A stretch of 64,000 nt of DNA, taken from positions 1 to 64,000 of the forward strand of contig LSRY02000042.1 in NCBI GenBank assembly GCA_001643675.2, given 5' to 3'. Position numbers and translations under genes: made by a program. Positions within the stretch are counted from its first letter, which is position 1. The number at the start of each line of letters is the position of its first letter. This DNA is from Monocercomonoides exilis PA203 (taxonomy: Eukaryota > Protista > Preaxostyla). Positions 51,341 through 62,627 of this stretch are shown one piece after another. The notes under the pieces were generated by a model. It did not search any database, was not told the origin of the DNA, and saw nothing but the letters and a program-made list of their open reading frames with translations.

Positions 51341-54300
51341 TAAGCCTTTGTGACTTACTGACTTTCAATGATAAAAATTACGATTCTGACTGACTTTTTC
51401 ATTTTTAGAAGTCATAGCAATATTTTTTTTATTTGGAATATATTTCGTTCAGTTAGAAAATATTTTCACTCACAATATTTTTTTGAATTTCAAATATCCA
51501 AATCATAACTTCATGGAAAAAAATCAATTTGAATATTTTGTTAATGATGGGAAATGACCAGATCAACAATTAGGGAATTTCCAAGTCAGTGACTTGTCGA
51601 TCTTTTTGTGTCTCAGTCAAAAAAGTCATATCAATACCCATCAATTAAATCAAAGATTTTCTAATCAAAGAGTTTCAAGATATATTAACAAATTCGAAAG
51701 TTGTTTAACTGTTTTTTTCTTGCTTTTATTTATTAAACATTTTATTTTTTTTCAGTCAATGAGCTATTTGAGTAAACTCGATGAATGAAAAAATAAAATA
51801 AAATAAAAAATAAAAAAATAAAAAATAAAAAAAAAACGGATGTGATTATTTGAGCCTCACTCTGGCAGAACAAAATGAAAAAGTAGCAATTGTGCTTGTG
51901 AATGTTTTTAATTTTGATTCTATCATCAATTCATCTTCATCATCTTCATCATCTTTATCTCTATCATCATCTTCGTCTTGTTCGTCTTCCTCATCATTTT
52001 TGCCTTCTTCATCATCTTTTAATATCACAATCATCAAAACCATCTGATTCATTTTCTGATACGAATGAATCTTTAGATGTTGCAATTGAATCGGAAGATG
52101 AAGTTGAATTGCTTTTTTCAAGCAAAGTTTTCAATATCATCTCACAAAATTCGAATGACAAAGAAGACGAAATGTGCCTCAATATTTCTTCTTGCATCAC
52201 GTCTGATTGGAGCAATAGGATGGAGCGAATGTTTGAAATATTAATAAATTCAGTTTTATTAAAAGATCATAAGCTGAAAGAGTTATGTTTGAAAATAATC
52301 CAAAGTGAGATGAGTGCATCGCCAAGTTCTGTTGTGGAAGATAATGCTCAAATCTGTTATACAAAATTCATCAAAAAAAGTTTCAATCGCACCATATATT
52401 CGAATATTTGTTTTTCTTTTGTTTCATCGCTGTGCAGCGAAGCAAGCTGTGAACGTATTTTCTCGAGGATGAAAAGAAGTACTGAAGACAACAGACACTT
52501 TCTTTCATATAATACTCTCAATGCGTTGCTTTTTTATTGTTTTTCTTTATTCATTTTTTTACAATTTTGTTCAGCTAAGTTTCTTTTGACACATTTCATT
52601 TTCCGATACTTTCAAATATATCTCAATAAACAAGGAAAAAAATACATTATCTCTTTCATAAGTTCAATTTTGAAATGAACCCAATAAAAAGAAATAACAA
52701 TAAAACTATTTTCGTTGAACAATCCACTTCAATCTTCATTTCCGAAGAGGAAAACGAAAAAGAAAAGAAAGAAGAAAAAGAAGTGGAAGAAGAGGAAGAA
52801 GAGAAAAAAGAGAAAGAAGAGAAAGAAGAGGAATAAGAGGAAAGAGGAAGAAGAGTTTTCATCTTTAAAAAGAGTAAGCGCAGATGGAGAAGCTAATGAC
52901 AGCAATGCAAGTGAGAATAAGGTGAGATTTTTATGTCTTATCCAACATTCAACATCACATTCAAGAGGCTGAAACCAAATGCGCTGCTTCATCACTCCGT
53001 GATGTTTCAGGCGAAGTTCTCCATTTCTCCACTTCTCCTCGAAGACTTGCTGAAGCGCAGAAGAATAAACCAGAAAAGCTAGAAATGGTGAACGAGGATG
53101 TTGTTGAAGAAGGACGCGCGCAGGAATTGATTGAGCTAAGGAGGATGTAGAAAGGGAAGCCAAAATTGAACAAAGGAGTTCAGATACTATTTGAACTTGT
53201 GGGGATCAAACTGAGCAGGAGAAGAGGAAGAAGAAGAATAAGAGGAAGAAAAAAGGGCAGAAGAGGTTGAGCGAAGGCAGAAGAGCTGAGAGCTCGTTGT
53301 TGTTTAATTTGATGGCGGTCTGATGATCTGTGTGCAAATGCGAAAGGGGTGCGCGTAGATAATGAAGCGATAAATTGCAGATGGGCAGTCGGAGACGATG
53401 CTGGACGAGCTGAAGATGCTGCAGCCAAGAAGCCAGGAAGCAGCGTGGGTGGATGGGCAGAGATACTGTGGAAGAACAACACCGAAGAGATATTTAGCCC
53501 TAAAGTATTTAAAAAGCTTTGTTCAGCATGTGATAAGAAATGGTGTTAATAAAAAGAAGTTCAAAAAGGAGACCTGTGCGATCAGTTCTGTGCGCTTGTC
53601 GAAGCGTACGAGGAAAAGCAGAGAAGTGCGACTTTGATCACTTCATCTGAATAGGTCTGAAGGAGCTGATATGTCATGCGAACACACATATCCCGTTTCA
53701 TCTTTGGAAGCTGTGCTGTGAAGTGGCAGCGTCGGTCGTAATGGAGCACAGATGGTTCGGTGAAGGTGAAGTCAACAACGGGGTGGGAAATTTGCGCAAT
53801 CAGTTGAGCGTAGAAAAAGCGGAAGCAGGCAAAGCGAAGAAGATTCTGACCAATTGTGCAGCGATGACATGAGTACATGAGTTTGAAAGTGTGTTTGATA
53901 AGGCACATGATCCGGAGAAGCTACTGACGGGTTTGGAAGAGTGGATACAAAAAGAAGAATGACTAGTGAAGACATCCAGCCCATTCAATTTTTCAAACAA
54001 CAGATCGGACTTGGAAGAATTGATTGCTCAGAGAAGGTGGCAAAATGCTGTGAAGATGGTGATCAATGCATCTGTGAGACGTTATCGGTCATTTCAGAAA
54101 GTCTGTGCATTATCAGGGCTTATTCCGATGAGTGTTTAGAAGGCGTTGAAATTAGCGGTTGAGAATAAACGTTGTGACTCCTTTCTTCTTCTTTATCTTC
54201 TTCTTCTTCTTCCTCTTTTTCTTCTTCTTCCTCTTCTTCCTCTTCTCATCTCCATTCATACACCCTTCCTCTCTGCTGTATCAACAAGAAGTCTTTACTC

Positions 54301-57212
54301 TCTTCGCACATCAGCATCTTCGATTTTATTCCTCAACTTTTTCTTTCCAGCCATTTTCATCAGGCAAATTTCACAAATTTCACAAAAAATCCAGATAATC
54401 CAGAAAATGACAGCAATTTCAATGTTTTGCCTTCATCTTTTCTTTCTGTTCAATTGTCTGCTAATTCTTTAACTTCGCTGGAGCTTCTTTTCTTGCTGTC
54501 AATTGCAAAATCTGATGATTTGATGAAGGGAAATAACAATAAAGATACAAAAAAATAACTCAAAAAACTTCTTCTTCTTCTTCTTCTTCCTCACAAAATG
54601 CTTCCATGAAGTCAGCCGCTAACTCATCATCATCAACATCATCAACATCATCAACAACAACATCATCATCATCATCATCCTTCTTTTCCTCTTCTTCTTC
54701 TTCTATTTCTCCCTCATTCTCATCTCTATCTCAACAAACCAAAATCCCACTGACACAAAAGCGCTCTTCATCAAAACCAGTTTAAAGACCGAAATCAACA
54801 GCATTCAACGAAAAAACAAAAAATTTGAAATCCACAACAGGAAAACCTTCTTCTTCTCCTTCCATTTCATCGTCATCATATTCTTTCTCCTCCTCCTCTT
54901 TTTCTTCCTCTTCTTCAACATCACTTTCAACTTCTCCACTTCAATTGAACCTTTCTCATTATAACTCCATGAAAAACACTCTGTTTTATTTGCGGCCTTT
55001 CATTTCATTCAATTCAACACCTTTTTCCACATCTGCATTTGCCATTCGCAATTCACTTCTCACTTCATCTGCTTCTTTTCTTTCTTCTTTTTATTCTTAT
55101 TCTCCTTCCTCGTCAATTTTGAGTGAATTAATCAACAACTTTTTTTATTGGTGTTATCATCTGTTTCTTCTTTTGCATCTTCCACATCTTTCAATTCAAA
55201 ACTCCCCATAACAAACATCTTAAAACAACTTTCTCACACAACCTTTTCATCGAATTTGTCTTTTTCCTCAATCATTGTCAAACGATCAACTGATATTTAC
55301 AACTGCTCCACATCTCCAGTTCTTTCAATTCAACTTTTAATCAGAAAAATACTCAAACACTCATATTTTTTCCTGCTGAAACATTCTTGAATCTTGCCTT
55401 TTTTAATGTTACACAGCAGGCACGCAAAGTGCGAACATTGTTCGGAATATGCGGTACGTTCCACTGAATGCAACTTGTCTGCCCATGTCTCCGCCTTCAC
55501 AAACCTCAGCTCACTCAGCCCAAGCTCCTCCACAACCAGCGGCAGCATCGCTTCTTCCAGCTTCATCTGGCTGTCTTTGATTTTCTCAACGAACTTTCTG
55601 TATGTTGTTGGATACACGCCTTCAGCCTCATTCCCATCTCCTCCCTCTTTTCATCCATTTTCCTCTCCCTCTTTGCCTCCCCTTTCTCATTTATCTGCCT
55701 CTTCCCACTCCTCCAGCACCGCCAGCGCAATTACTGCTGGAGAAAGAACGATATCCTTCATCCTCACCCCAAGCAGCATCCAGTGCTATCTCCACAATAT
55801 CTCCAACTTCACATACTCCAATCACTTCTCTTATAACTTCGTCGCCCATCTTCACCACCACACGCCTCGACTGCAGCGATCACCATATCTGTAGTGAAGT
55901 GTCAAACAGATCGTAGATCGACAAGAACGCATTCGAACAACCGACACAAAATTCTGTTTTCCTTCTGGCTTCGTTCCCACAGACGCCGCAAGCGACGGAA
56001 GAGGCCCCACAAACGGATCTGATAACATCTCTGAAAATTCCACATCTTAGGCACACACAAAACACTCCCACGCTTCAATGCTCACAGCTCCTCAATATGT
56101 CCCCACAGCAGCAGAAGCGACTGTAGGATGTGCAGCGCATTCACCCCAGCTGCCTCTGGCACAACAATCCACAACCACCTCTTTATATCGTCCATCACTG
56201 CATCCTTCAAGTTTGATGAAGCCACCGCCAACGCATCCGAAGGGTTAATCGCAGGCGCTGATGAAGATGATTGCAACTCATTCTCTGAAGATTTCTTCTC
56301 TTCGCTTCTCTGCCTCCGGAATGATTAAGTGAATCAGCGTGCTGTCCTTGAAGAAGAAAATAAAGACGCAGAGAAGAGACTGCTGCTTCACAGAGGAAAC
56401 AAAATGGATACTGTTTGAGAAAAGTCATTGAACAAGTTGGAAGCTCCTTCTCTGGTGCAAAGACAATATCTTCATTTGAAAAAAGATGTCGATTTGCTCA
56501 AAAAGCTGTTCATTTTTGAGTTATGGAATAAGAAGGAGATGAATTTCTATGAAGATAAATCGAAAAGAAAAGAAATATTTTCAAAAAAACTGATGAACAA
56601 GCCAAAACATTGAAGTATATGAAAGATGATTGCGTCTCATGAAAGAGATGAAAGTGCTATTTTGAATTGTTAACGAAAGAGCATTTCTGGGAAAAATGGA
56701 TGAAACTTCTTATTTTTTTAATCAAAAATTCTTTTATAGTTCCATATGTTTTTCATTTTGAATGTTGTTCAATAACAATAAGCAATGAAATGTTGAATTT
56801 TTCTTAATCTTAAATTTCATAAAAAAAAAAATTCCAAGATAAGAAGTTTTTATCTTTTTGTTACACAACAAAGAAGTTTGTTCAAAAGAAAGAAAGTCTT
56901 TGAAAAATCAGAATGAAAAATCAAACGGATGAAATGAAAACAAAAAATTAATAACAAATTGTCATTTTGTCCAAAATGGCTAGAAATCAACAGTTATCAG
57001 AAGATAAAAAGGCAAAAAAGTTAAATTTTAATATGATATAATACCTATTTTGAATTATTATCACAGTATTGGCGGAAATAAATCTTATTTATGTTTTTTC
57101 ACTCTATATTATGGTACCGGAATGATCATTATTTTTTGATCTTTTTTGATCAATTATCAATAAGTCACTGACTGACTTGAAACAAAATTTCATCTTAAGT
57201 CACAAAGGCTTA
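51341..57212 (+). mobile_element. 5.87-kb hAT-related element with 17-bp TIRs, 9-bp TSD and non-transposase cargo
   Basis: TAAGCCTTTGTGACTTA (51341-57) and TAAGTCACAAAGGCTTA (57196-212). GTTTTCATT on both flanks (51332-40, 57213-21). Subterminal (G/C)TGAC repeats and a hAT dimerisation motif inside. Confidence 0.85.
52050..52540 (+). pseudogene. hAT transposase C-terminal (dimerisation) remnant
   Basis: SSLCSEASCERIFSRMKR...LSYNTLNALL matches the S.A..ER.FS hAT C-terminal motif (within ORF 51902..52678). Confidence 0.75.
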
Positions 57213-57644
57213 GTTTTCATTTTCCAGGTCTGCTTCCAACTCTAACATTTTATGTGACTTGGCGTCACGTCAATGACTTCAGTGACGTTTTAAATTCCGA
57301 TTTTGACTTAAGCGTCAGAAAAAAATAATTACGTATTATTTGATAAAACATATTTTCGAAATTTTATTTGTCATTATATTTCGAAAAATAAACAGTGTTT
57401 TTAAAAGATGCAAAATTTTAAAAAATAAAACTTAAATAATTCATTGATTATTATTTTTGATGTGAAAATTTGCATGACGTCCTTCAAAAATCGAAAAGCA
57501 CACGTCAGAAGTCACCACGTCACGCAGGGTTAATGTTAATATTTTCATAATAAACTTTAATTTCATATAATTCAAATAAAATTTTTCTTATCAACACCCT
57601 TCATGAAAAATTTTTTGATCAATCATCAGAATTTTTTGTGATGT

Positions 57645-57645
<1 letters not shown>

Positions 57646-57681
<36 letters not shown>
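57646..57681 (+). repeat. Poly-A tract
   Basis: About 36 consecutive A. Confidence 0.9.
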
Positions 57682-57683
<2 letters not shown>

Positions 57684-58052
57684 AAAAATAAAAAATAATT
57701 TCAATTCAATCTTTAAATAACTTTTGTAACATTTCTCATATCAAAATTTTAATTGATAAAGAAACTTTTAATTTTCATATAAATATGGAAGAGAAACTGA
57801 TAATTTTTTTTTAACTAATTGCGATGTGGTGTTTGAACATTAACTGGAACTGTTTTTATTTTTGATCAGTTGCTACTTTTCAAAAAGACTGAAACATTTT
57901 TAAATATTTTGTTTCTTCACTTTATCAAAATGAAGCGAGATAAAAAATTGAATATTGACAGGGGAAAAATCAAAAAATGTTCGTTTGATTGCGAAATGAT
58001 GAAAAAATATAAAAATACATTTGAGTGACAGAATAAATTTATACTCTTTTTT

Positions 58053-59472
58053 TCAAGCATTCACAAAATAATCAGAAATATTCAAAGATAGCGCATAATA
58101 AAATTGTTTACTAAAAAAATCAATTAATTCATGAAAGCTTGGAATGATATCTTCGTATCCTTTTTCTTCCATCTTTTCAAACATTTTCCTTTTCACTTCT
58201 TTTCTTTTTGCTTTTTCCATTTCATTATCTGTTTTTTCTTTCAAGCGATTTGAAACATTCGCAAGGAATTGTAAGCAATCATATACTATATCTTTATCCA
58301 CTGTTCGTCGCTTAATCTCCTCTAAAATGAGATCGATGGCTCTTCCTTTCAACAAGTCATCAATTTTCACATTTCCTTTTTCGGCTGCTCCTTTCAATAA
58401 AAAAAGGCTGTTAACGTAAATATCTTTGAAACCATCTCTTGATGCTCGAAGTATCTGAACAATGCTGCTGATTAAATCAACATATTTTTCATTCCAAATT
58501 TTGCACGAGAAAAAATATGACCTTATTATTTCAAGCCACTTTATCAAAATCAGAAGTTCTTTTGCTTCTTTTCCTCGTTCCTCTTCTTTTTCTCTCTTCC
58601 AATCAATATTTTTTATCAGTTCTTCCAGTTCTTTTGTTGCATCTTCGATAAAATGCATCTTATTCACAATCACTCCTTCCAAACCTTCTTCGTATTCGAA
58701 TTCGTTCATCAAAAACTGCCACGCTGACTGATAGGCAAGTTGAGTGAGATTGCGATGCACCTGATGATATTTGATGATTTCTTTGATTTCAGTCAAAAAC
58801 AGCTCCTGCTCAATTTCCTAATAAAAAAAGAAAAAAATGCAAAAATATCAAAATGGTAAAAATGCTCTCAAACCTGATATCCAGCATTGCCCAAGACAAG
58901 AAGTGCCATTTCCACTTCTTTTTGAGCTTCCTCGTTTTCCTCTTTGCTCAAAGCTACCTTCAGAAGGCAAGAAACACATATTTTTACCGGTCATCACTGA
59001 TAGCACAACCTTTTTTGTGCAAGAATAAATAGCACTCACATAGATCAACCAGAAGCTTTTCATCCTTTTCTTCTATCATCATCTTTTCTTCAATGATCAT
59101 TTCCTGAAATCGATTGCTCAAAAAAGAATAATTAAATGCAAAATCATAAAAGCATTTCAGCGTTTGGCAATATCCAACATGCTTCACCAACAAAATTGCG
59201 CTTCCCCTTGACAATATCTTTTCATCAATCATTTTGTTCAATGAATCAAACAGCTCTGTCGTGAAAACAGACTTGAATTCTTCTTCACCCATCTCTTCCA
59301 TTAGTTCATTCATATCTTCAATTTTCTGTCTTTGCTCATCAGCCGAGCTGTTGCTCAACTTGGAAAACAATTCTTCAAAAAACAAATAAAGAAATAAATT
59401 TAATCAAAAACAATTCAAGTATAATAATATGCATATACCATTGAACATTTTTGTGTTGTCTGTCTCCTGCAT
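58053..59472 (-). pseudogene. Second member of the helical protein family; two introns, frameshifted
   Basis: ATG at 59472 (MQETDNTKMFN). Intron 1 at ~59438-59373 and intron 2 at 58873-58818 (GTTTGA..TAG). Frameshift near 58985 between LCECYL and the C.LKVAL segment. C-terminal exon 58053..58796 is open. Confidence 0.85.
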
Positions 59473-59679
59473 TTTTGAAAATTTGTTGCATTCAGAAAAC
59501 AACATCATTAAAATCATTCATATTGAAAGCGCGTATGTGTGGATAAAAGAAGTTTGTGAAAAACAAAAAACTCAAAAAGACCAGAGATAAATATGTGTTT
59601 ATACTGTTTTTTCTTCAGTTGACATTCTGGCAAAGGATTATGAAGATAAACAATGCTTTTTCTATTTCTCGTTTTTTGT

Positions 59680-59960
59680 AATGGATTCAATGATCATATT
59701 TTTATCTTTGAAATGGAATATTTATCCACAGATTGAGAAATCAGCAAGTGAACATTATTTGCAGAACTAGAAATATTATTTCCTGTGGAGATAACAAGAA
59801 ACGAGGCAATGCAATATTTTTGAAATTCTGCCTGATGATTTTTTGTAATTTGATGGTCAAGGGAAGACAACAATCTATTTTTAGAATGAAATTTTCTATT
59901 TGCGTTCGCTTTATATTTTTCTATGAATTGTGAAGATGTTTCCATCCTTATCCTCTTCGA
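59680..59960 (+). repeat. Dispersed repeat, partial copy 3, upstream of the helical-family pseudogene
   Basis: CTAGAAATATTATTTCCTGTGGAGATAACAAGAAACGAGGCAAT is shared with 33697-33740. Confidence 0.85.
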
Positions 59961-62627
59961 AGTCGTGATTCAGACAAATTATATAAAATGGACAATTTAT
60001 TCTTTGCAGAGCAGAACAGAGAGGAATCGAGTCAAACGTTATCTTACAAATATATTAGAGCCAGAATGTATTTTATCATAAATATTTATGTGACTTATTA
60101 TGGACTTACCACACAAATGATAGAAATGCGATGAAAAATGAATTTTGATGGAGCAGAAATCAACAGAGTTGGAAGATATTCAAGACAAAAAGGAAGAATG
60201 ATAGATTTGCCCGAATAGGGAACCTTTTTTAAAAAGAGGAAGAGGATATTTTCAGAAAAAATTGTTGGAAAGATTGGAGCAAATAACTGAAACAGGAGAT
60301 TGAAATTGGTTGGGACAGAGCAAGACGCATTTCTTGAGATAAGAAGGACAGAGCACTAATTTTATGGACCGAGGAAAGGGGAAGAATGGCACTTGATTGC
60401 TTGGCTTAAGAACCAAAAATGAGTGAAAAACGGACAATTTGGCGTAATACAAGCAGCTTGGGGTGGATAACAGACAAAATTGATTTGAGTCATTTTTCAA
60501 TTACCTTTGCCATTACGTCATCAAAGGGTTATCCATTGAAGCAGAGAACGAGGCTGTGATGTTGAGGTTATGTTCGACAGAAAATATCCGACATTAAAGA
60601 TCTTAAAAGCCTCTTCTACACCTTCAGCCTCATCGTTTTCTTCATCTCCATCTTCATCCCCTTCATCTACTTCATCCTCTTCATCGAATCTTCTTCAGAA
60701 TTATTTTCAAATGCACCTCTTCGACAAATGAAATTATATTTTTTTTCCTTCTTGGTCATATCATTTTCTTCTTCTTCAACAACTTCTTCTTCATTTAATG
60801 AGAAGGAAGCATTATCATCAGTGTTTTTCTCCTTCTAATTGAACTATCTTTTAATTCTTCAAATGGAAGCTGAAGAGAAGAGGAAAGAAATATGTCATTT
60901 TGATAAGCTGAATAAAAAATCTGAAAAATTTCATTCGAAAAATTGGAAAAGGAGCTTTGTGTTCGCTTTTGATGAACAGAGAAAGAAAGTAATTGGAGAA
61001 GAAGAAGAAGAAAGAGAAAGAAATGAGGATAAAAAGAAAGAATATCACAAAGATGATGAAAGAAACAGTCAAAGGAATTTCACAAAAGAACAGTGGAAAT
61101 GCTATTTTGGATGAGACAAACAACAGATTTCATTCAGATGGAGAAGGGGAGGTGCAGCAAAAGGATCCAAAGAAATGGAAGAAAGAATGAGAGAAAGGGT
61201 TTTTTTATTGGGAGAATCAGGAGGAAGCGGGGAATATATTTGATTATTTCTAAATTAAATATCATAAAATAAGCGCTTTTCACAAGAAAAAGAAAAATCT
61301 GACTCTTTTTGTTTTAATTCTGCTCCATTTTTTATTCACTTTCAATTGGAAACAATAAAATATAAATTTATTCTTCAATGCATTTTATTCAAAAAGTACT
61401 TCAAAGAATCTCTTCAAAGATACTTCAAAACGAAAGAATGACTATAAAATACAAACAAGATAATATATCATTGAACGAAGGCAATGAAAAACAACACAAT
61501 AACCATCTCTATTTTCCAATTATCTTCAAGAAAATTGCTTCACAATTCATTTAGAAAACAAAGAAATCTTTTCTTTAATTGAATAAATAATAATAGTGTT
61601 GAAAAATAACCTTTGTTATTCTCTTTTTTAAAAAAAATTCAATGAATTTCAAAAAGAAAACAAAAGAAAAGAAAAAACCAAAAAACATAAAACATAAAAA
61701 AATAGACGAATTACACAGAAGGACAATTAAGAAAGTCATTCAATGGATTTTTTTTTTTAAAAAAAATGCAATTTCAAACAAATTAATTGAGAAAATAATT
61801 CTCAGCTTTCATTTAAAAAACAGAAGCATAAAGGTGCTAATTAGTTTAAAAAAGCATGAAGAGGGAAGAAAAAGAAATAAAAATTTAAAAAAAAATTATT
61901 GTTTCAATGCAAGCATAATGAAGAGATTCCTCAAAGATAATCTGTTGATATTTCAATGAGAAAAATCATTTAGAAAAAAAAAAGGAAGAAAAGAAGAAGA
62001 AGAAGTTGAGTTGATGTTTTCTTTTGAAAATCAGAAAATAATCAAAAAGGAGAAGAATCACGTTTTCTCAGAAAGAAAATGTTTAAATAAAATTATGAAA
62101 TAAAATTAGATAAGATAAGACAAGATTAGAAAGAAAGTGTGATAAGACAATAATAAAAATAATCTATTTTTGTGTGTGTGTTTATTCTTGTTTTTGTTCT
62201 TCAAATGAAATTTCTTCTTCTTTGTGACTTTTTTCAATATAAATTCAATTCTTCTTTCATTTTTCTTTTCTTTTCTTTTCTTCTTTTCTTTTTATGGAAT
62301 CTTTCAATTTCTATCAATTTCTTTATTAATTTCCAGAAAAATCGTCTTTTCTTCAAATCTTTCTCTATTTTTCTTTCTTTCTTTCTCTTTCTTTCTCTTT
62401 CTTTCTCTTTCTTTCTCTTTCTTTCTCTTTCTTTCTCTTTCTTTCTCTTTCTTCCTTTCTTTCTCTTTCTTCCTTTCTTTTTTCTTTCTTCCTTCCTTCC
62501 TTCTTCTCTCTTTTCTCTTTTCTCTTTCTCTCTTTCTCCTTCTTTCTTATTCCATCTCATTCAATTTGTTTTTATTCTAAAATTTTGTCATTTTGCTCTT
62601 CATTTTTCTTCTTCCTCCTCGTTTCCT

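Noticed and set aside
57646-57681. Poly-A tail of a retroposed element
   Set aside because: No TSD or element body identified; A-tracts are common here.
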